Part shown: one piece after another, positions 59,379-64,000 of the stretch
Numbering within the stretch: position 1 is the first letter of the stretch
Layout of the letters: each line of letters begins with the position of its first letter
Origin: Syntrophorhabdaceae bacterium
Lineage (GTDB): Bacteria > Desulfobacterota > Syntrophorhabdia > Syntrophorhabdales > Syntrophorhabdaceae
NCBI GenBank assembly: GCA_963665295.1
Contig: OY762209.1
Span: 896,001-960,000, forward strand
Reading direction: 5' to 3'
Length of the DNA: 64,000 nt
Program-made: the position numbers and the translations under genes
Notes under the pieces: generated by a model
What the model was told of the DNA's origin: nothing
What the model saw: the letters and a program-made list of their open reading frames with translations, nothing else
Databases searched by the model: none

Positions 59379-59854
59379 TGGAGGTGTCCGCCTTTCTTGT
59401 TTCCCGACGCCGCTGCCGACACCGCTTCCACGATCTTCTGATAGCCCGTGCACCGGCACAGGTTCCCGCTTATGCCTTCCCTGATTTCAGCCTCCGTAGG
59501 GTTTGGGCAACGGGAAAGAAGGTCGAGGGACGCCATCACCATGCCCGGGGTGCAAAACCCGCACTGGATAGCGCCATGCTCTATGAAGGCCTTCTGAAGG
59601 GGGTGGAGTTCCCCGTCCCGCGCCAGCCCTTCAATGGTCATGACCTCGGTCCCGTCGAGTTGAGGCGCGAGCATAAGGCAGGCGAGCCTGCTCTCCCGGT
59701 TCACGAAGATGGTGCAGGCCCCGCATTCACCCGTGCCGCACCCTTCTTTTGTGCCGGTCATCGACAGGTCCTCACGGAGCAGATCGATCACCCTCCGTCT
59801 CTCGTCCGTATCCACAACCCTTTCCTCCCCATTCAAGGTGAAACGTATCTTCAC
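59375..59854 (-). CDS. Xanthine dehydrogenase-family 2Fe-2S subunit
   Basis: GCGTGECGAC, QCGFCTPG and NLCRCTGY motifs. Confidence 0.95.
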   Translation of the reverse strand: MKIRFTLNGEERVVDTDERRRVIDLLREDLSMTGTKEGCGTGECGACTIFVNRESRLACLMLAPQLDGTEVMTIEGLARDGELHPLQKAFIEHGAIQCGFCTPGMVMASLDLLSRCPNPTEAEIREGISGNLCRCTGYQKIVEAVSAAASGNKKGGHLQ

Positions 59855-62154
59855 GAGTCGCTTTCCTCCGGTTTTTTGGATAAAAGGGCTGTCCTCACGG
59901 CTTCGCCGGTGAAGGGCGCACGAAAAATCCTCTTCCCCCATGCGTCGCAGATGGCGTTTCCTATGGCGGGCAGGGGCCCGCTCATGCCGATTTCTCCCGC
60001 GCCCTTCAATCCGAAAGGTCCTGTCTCCTCGGCCATTTCAAGGGGTACGGAGTCCATTCGCGGTATGTCCATGGAAGTGGGTATGATGTACGTGGCAAGG
60101 TCCTTTGTGACGATACCTCCGTCCGTGACCTTGAAGTCCTCGATCAGGGCGTACCCGATGCCCTGGGCAATAGCGCCCTCGATCTGCTGTTCATACACCT
60201 GGGGGTTCATGACCTTGCCCGCGTCGGTGACCGCAAGGTAACGCACGATCTCCACCTGTCCGGTAAGGGTGTCGATCTCCACATACACGAGGTGGGCGCC
60301 GTAGGAGAAGATGAGGTGGGGCCCCATGTAAATGGCGTCAAGCCTTTCCCGGGTCACGGGCATCCTGAAATATCCCGTGGCCGTCCTTGCCGCCTCATCC
60401 ATGAGGGCTGCCAATTCTTGCAGATAGGACTCTTTCCCTGTCGGAGTGTGGCGAACGCGACCCGGCAGAAGGATGAACTCCTCCGGCCGCGATCCCGTCA
60501 GGCGAGCGGCGGCAGCGTTGAGGATAGCCTTCTTGAGGCTCGTGGCGGCCTCGATGAGGGCGTTGCCGAAGGTGTAGGTGGTCCGGCTTGCCGACGAGGA
60601 ACCCGACGGCAGGGTGTGCGCCGTGTCGGGCAAGACCAGTTCCATTGTGGCGCCGTTTTGACCAAGAATATGGCCTGCGATCTGCTCATAGGTGCTCGCG
60701 TTCCCCTGCCCCATATCCACCACGCCCGCATAGACCCGGATCTTACCCTCCGGGGTAAGCTCGATCTTTGCGCGGGCCTCGTCGGGCACCATGGGCGGGT
60801 AACCCATGGCATGGGCCATACATGCAAGCCCTACTCCCCGGACCTTAAACAGGCCCGCTTCCTTTTTCCACGCAGTCCTGTTCTTCCATAGAGGATGGCG
60901 GGAAACGGTCTCCAGGCATTCGGCAGCACCGGTGGAGTTAGTGAGCGTCACGCCGGGACAATTCTTGTCACCCCTCCGCACCACGTTCCTGAGGCGGATC
61001 GCAAGGGGATCGATGCCGAGCCTATGGGCCGCCATGTCAACCATCTGTTCCATGGCGGCGGTTACCTGGGGCACGCCGAAACCGCGGAAGGGGCCGCCCA
61101 CCGGGTTGTTCGTATAGAGGGCCCACCCTTTTATACTCACGTTCGGAATGCGGTAGGCAGAGCCTGCGTGTTCGACGCCGAGGGTCATAATCTCCCCGCC
61201 GAGGGGCGAATACGCGCCGCCGTCGTAATAAACCCTGCATTCAAGGGCATGAAACGTGCCGTCCCGCTTCGCTCCCAACCGGTAATACATGGTTGCAGAG
61301 AGGCGTTTCACCCCTGCCAGAAAACTCTCTTCCCTGTCCCACCACATCTTTACGGGCCTGCCGCGGGAATAAAGCACGGCAAGAGCGAGGAGGCACTGGA
61401 CCGTGATGCCGTCCTTGCCGCCGAAAGCGCCGCCGAGATAGGGCGCGATAACGCGGATACGCTCGGGGTCCGTTCCCAGGACCGGGGCTATCTCGAAGCG
61501 GTCGCGGAAGGGCGTCTGGGTAGAGGCAACGATCACCCAGGTCCCGTCCTCCTCACGATAGGCCCACCCTGCCTCGGTCTCAAGGTAGGCATGTTCCTGC
61601 ACGGGCGTTTCGAACATGCCCTCCACCACCACGTCACACTCATTCATGGCCTGAACGCACGCCCCGGTCTCCACTGACGCGGCCTTTATCACATTCCCTT
61701 CCGGGTTATCCTCGTGAACAGGGGGAGAGGTTTCTTTCAAGGCCTCTTCCACGGAAAATATGCCGGGCAAGGGCTCATATTCAAGGACAATACGGCTGAT
61801 AGCTTCTTTCAGGGCTTCACGGCTCTCCGCGAGCACGAGGGCGACCGCTTCTCCCGAGTGGCGTATCCTGGTCTCGGCGAGGACCGGCTGGTTCCTCCTG
61901 ATGATTCCTATCCTGTTCTCTCCGGGGATGTCTTTATAGGTGAGGACGGCAACGCATCCGGGCACCGCCTCCGCATCCTTCGTATGGATGCGCTTGAGCG
62001 CCGCGTGGGGCACGCCCGCCCGTTTTGCCCCTGCCCATAGAAAATCACTGTCATAATAGTCAGCGGCGTACTTCTCTTCCCCCGTAACCTTGGCGCGGGC
62101 ATCCGCCCGGGGCGCTGTTTTTCCTATTTCATAAGGGACACTGTCGGTCTTCAT
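59851..62154 (-). CDS. Xanthine dehydrogenase-family molybdopterin-binding subunit
   Basis: HAYLE, GGAFGGK, FRGFG, MGQG and KGAGE motifs. Confidence 0.95.
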   Translation of the reverse strand: MKTDSVPYEIGKTAPRADARAKVTGEEKYAADYYDSDFLWAGAKRAGVPHAALKRIHTKDAEAVPGCVAVLTYKDIPGENRIGIIRRNQPVLAETRIRHSGEAVALVLAESREALKEAISRIVLEYEPLPGIFSVEEALKETSPPVHEDNPEGNVIKAASVETGACVQAMNECDVVVEGMFETPVQEHAYLETEAGWAYREEDGTWVIVASTQTPFRDRFEIAPVLGTDPERIRVIAPYLGGAFGGKDGITVQCLLALAVLYSRGRPVKMWWDREESFLAGVKRLSATMYYRLGAKRDGTFHALECRVYYDGGAYSPLGGEIMTLGVEHAGSAYRIPNVSIKGWALYTNNPVGGPFRGFGVPQVTAAMEQMVDMAAHRLGIDPLAIRLRNVVRRGDKNCPGVTLTNSTGAAECLETVSRHPLWKNRTAWKKEAGLFKVRGVGLACMAHAMGYPPMVPDEARAKIELTPEGKIRVYAGVVDMGQGNASTYEQIAGHILGQNGATMELVLPDTAHTLPSGSSSASRTTYTFGNALIEAATSLKKAILNAAAARLTGSRPEEFILLPGRVRHTPTGKESYLQELAALMDEAARTATGYFRMPVTRERLDAIYMGPHLIFSYGAHLVYVEIDTLTGQVEIVRYLAVTDAGKVMNPQVYEQQIEGAIAQGIGYALIEDFKVTDGGIVTKDLATYIIPTSMDIPRMDSVPLEMAEETGPFGLKGAGEIGMSGPLPAIGNAICDAWGKRIFRAPFTGEAVRTALLSKKPEESDS

Positions 62155-62324
62155 GGCCTCACCCAGCCCTATGCTCATCGCCGTGAAATGCGGCCGTTCC
62201 GCAAGATGGCGATACCGGCATATTCGCCTTGAATATTACATTTGTCGGCAAAGGAATGACAAGATTTATTTTCTATGAACGCGGGCCTTTGCGACCAAGT
62301 TCGCCGGCCGACGGCAAAAGCGTG

Positions 62325-63323
62325 TCAGGTTGTTGTTGCCGGCCAATCGGCCTTGATAAACTCAAGGATCTTCTTTGCCCGGTCAGAAAAGAGGTGAATC
62401 CCCTCCCAGTCCGGTGGCGTGAGGGTCTTCTGCATGAGCAGCCCGTCTTCACCAAACCACCGGGGCAGTATGCCGCCAAAGGCGTAGCCATTGTTCTTCA
62501 AGACAGCGACAACCTCGCCGACCCATGGCCGCGACAATTTCAGCCATACCTGGATGACCTCCACATGCCGACCGAGAACGCACTCCTCTTCGGCAAGGAG
62601 GGTTCGCTCAAAGGAGGACCCTGCCTCGTGGACGGTCAGGCGGGCCACCTGGGCAGAGTCGAATACCTCCGTATCGATCCGGGTCTGCTGCGAAGCGGGA
62701 AGATCGCCCCCTGATCGGGAGAATGACCGTCCATCGTCAAGGCCCTGGTAGATATAGCGGAAGTACTCCTCATATATTTCAGGCACATGTACCGTGTGAG
62801 GCTTCGGTTCTACGGTGATGAACATGAGAAGCGTCGATACCCGCCCCAACGCGCTCTTCTCCTTTTCGTATGCCTCCGCAGGCATAAGCCCGATCTCAAG
62901 GGCCGTCTCCACGAAGGGCAGCTCGGCGAGGGCAGCCTTCTGAATATAAATGTGATTGCAGACAGGCTCCCCGAAAAGCACGGTTATGTTCCCGATACCG
63001 GACAACGCCTCTTTCACGCACCGAAAGATCATCCTCATTACGCCCGCGTTCCGGAAAGCGGGCGAAACCGCCCCGTTCCCCTTCTCATAGACCCCTTTGT
63101 CGGGGGCGGCGCGGAACAGGGAGCTATACCCCACAACCCTGTTGTCGGGCGTGCGCACTACGATCGGTATCTGCTCGCGGTTTTCGAATGCAGCCACAAG
63201 CCGGTCGGGATGATAGACTATCTTTGCGGGATATTCGTCTCCATACACTTCGGTAAAGAGCCTCGCCACCCCCTCCGCGTCTTCGGGTCGAAAGAAACCG
63301 ACAGTTAACGTATCGCTGTTCAT
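62325..63323 (-). CDS. GNAT-like N-acetyltransferase domain protein
   Basis: FRPEDAEGV..LF..VYG..YP and VSPAFRNAG motif-A-like segment. Confidence 0.65.
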   Translation of the reverse strand: MNSDTLTVGFFRPEDAEGVARLFTEVYGDEYPAKIVYHPDRLVAAFENREQIPIVVRTPDNRVVGYSSLFRAAPDKGVYEKGNGAVSPAFRNAGVMRMIFRCVKEALSGIGNITVLFGEPVCNHIYIQKAALAELPFVETALEIGLMPAEAYEKEKSALGRVSTLLMFITVEPKPHTVHVPEIYEEYFRYIYQGLDDGRSFSRSGGDLPASQQTRIDTEVFDSAQVARLTVHEAGSSFERTLLAEEECVLGRHVEVIQVWLKLSRPWVGEVVAVLKNNGYAFGGILPRWFGEDGLLMQKTLTPPDWEGIHLFSDRAKKILEFIKADWPATTT

Positions 63324-63587
63324 GGTCACTCCTTTCATTGCCCGGGTTCACCCGGTGTCTCTCGTTTTGCGAACAGATTCATGAGTCCGTGCAAAAAGAC
63401 TCATCGTCACCCCTCACGACCCTCGAAGGGGCCGTGAAACATCTGCCGCCTGATTGACCAAACCCCATCGTGTACCAAAACAGTCTACCCCACGGCAACC
63501 GTGGAAGGCAACCCCCAATCAGATTCGCGCCCCTGACCGGGTTCCCCTCTTCGCGGGGTTGCCTGTTGCCTGTTGCCTGGATGCTGC

Positions 63588-64000
63588 CTAACGGGACTTC
63601 CTGTAGGGGATCCCCAGTCTATTCATCTTGCTTCTCAAGGTGCTGGGCTTCACCTGAAGGAGGTCCGCCGCCCCGCGAGGCCCGTAGACCCGTCCATTTG
63701 ACTCTTTGAGGGCGCGCATGATGTGGTCTGATATGGCGGCATCCAACGGCCACGGCCCGTTCTCCTCCGAAGAGGGCGCGGGGTTCTCCCGGTTCTCCTC
63801 CCGGGTCAACAGCCGGCTGAAGGTGAGGGGGCCGCCTCCGCTCAGGATCAGGGCGCGTTCAATCACATTCTCCAATTCCCGCACATTGCCGGGCCAGTCA
63901 TACGACATGAGCCGGTCAATCGCCCCGGGGGCCGGTCCCTGGGGAGCGGGAAGTCTCAAGTCCCTTGATTTTCGTTGTACGAAATGGTCCACAAGGGTGG
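63588..64000 (-). CDS. Sigma-54-dependent Fis-family activator, C-terminal part (runs off the window)
   Basis: YDWPGNVRELEN and GAADLL..KPSTL (HTH_8) motifs. Confidence 0.9.
   Translation of the reverse strand, partial: TLVDHFVQRKSRDLRLPAPQGPAPGAIDRLMSYDWPGNVRELENVIERALILSGGGPLTFSRLLTREENRENPAPSSEENGPWPLDAAISDHIMRALKESNGRVYGPRGAADLLQVKPSTLRSKMNRLGIPYRKSR

Noticed and set aside
58488..62154. 4-hydroxybenzoyl-CoA reductase or CO dehydrogenase
   Set aside because: The FAD subunit lacks the Cys-rich 4Fe-4S insertion of HcrB, and the large subunit lacks the CoxL AYxCSFR motif.

Overview
Bacterial chromosomal segment whose gene content looks like an anaerobic deltaproteobacterium (Syntrophorhabdus/Desulfobacterota-like; this is inference). 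1-15.8 kb is a visibly AT-richer accessory zone. It holds a decayed Na+/H+ antiporter, a glucosyl/mannosylglycerate-type compatible-solute cluster split by a vapBC-like module, and an IS cluster (IS21 end, two IS3-family elements, IS630, IS66 relic) that disrupts two genes. 16-31.7 kb carries signalling and housekeeping genes: a PAS hybrid kinase, msrA, a cold-shock gene, an HD-GYP protein and a c-di-GMP-I riboswitch. 31.8-46.4 kb carries secreted modular proteins sharing a BACON-type C-terminal module, tandem RTX-like genes, and two integrase-less islands stacked at the 3' end of tRNA-Glu. 46.4-51.5 kb holds tRNA-Glu, tRNA-Lys and rpmH-rnpA-yidD-yidC-jag-mnmE, with no adjacent dnaA or mnmG. 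51.6-64 kb holds an NLR-like NTPase-TPR gene with near-identical 126-bp repeats, a beta-propeller protein, a signal-peptide-bearing deaminase, a xanthine-dehydrogenase-family operon and a partial sigma-54 activator. The main unannotated signals are two homologous DARS/datA-like DnaA-box clusters (18.9 and 46.9 kb), serial tRNA-Glu att duplications with arm-type repeats, mosaic TPR repeats and a 31-bp perfect inverted-repeat element. All calls come from reading the sequence; no searches were run.
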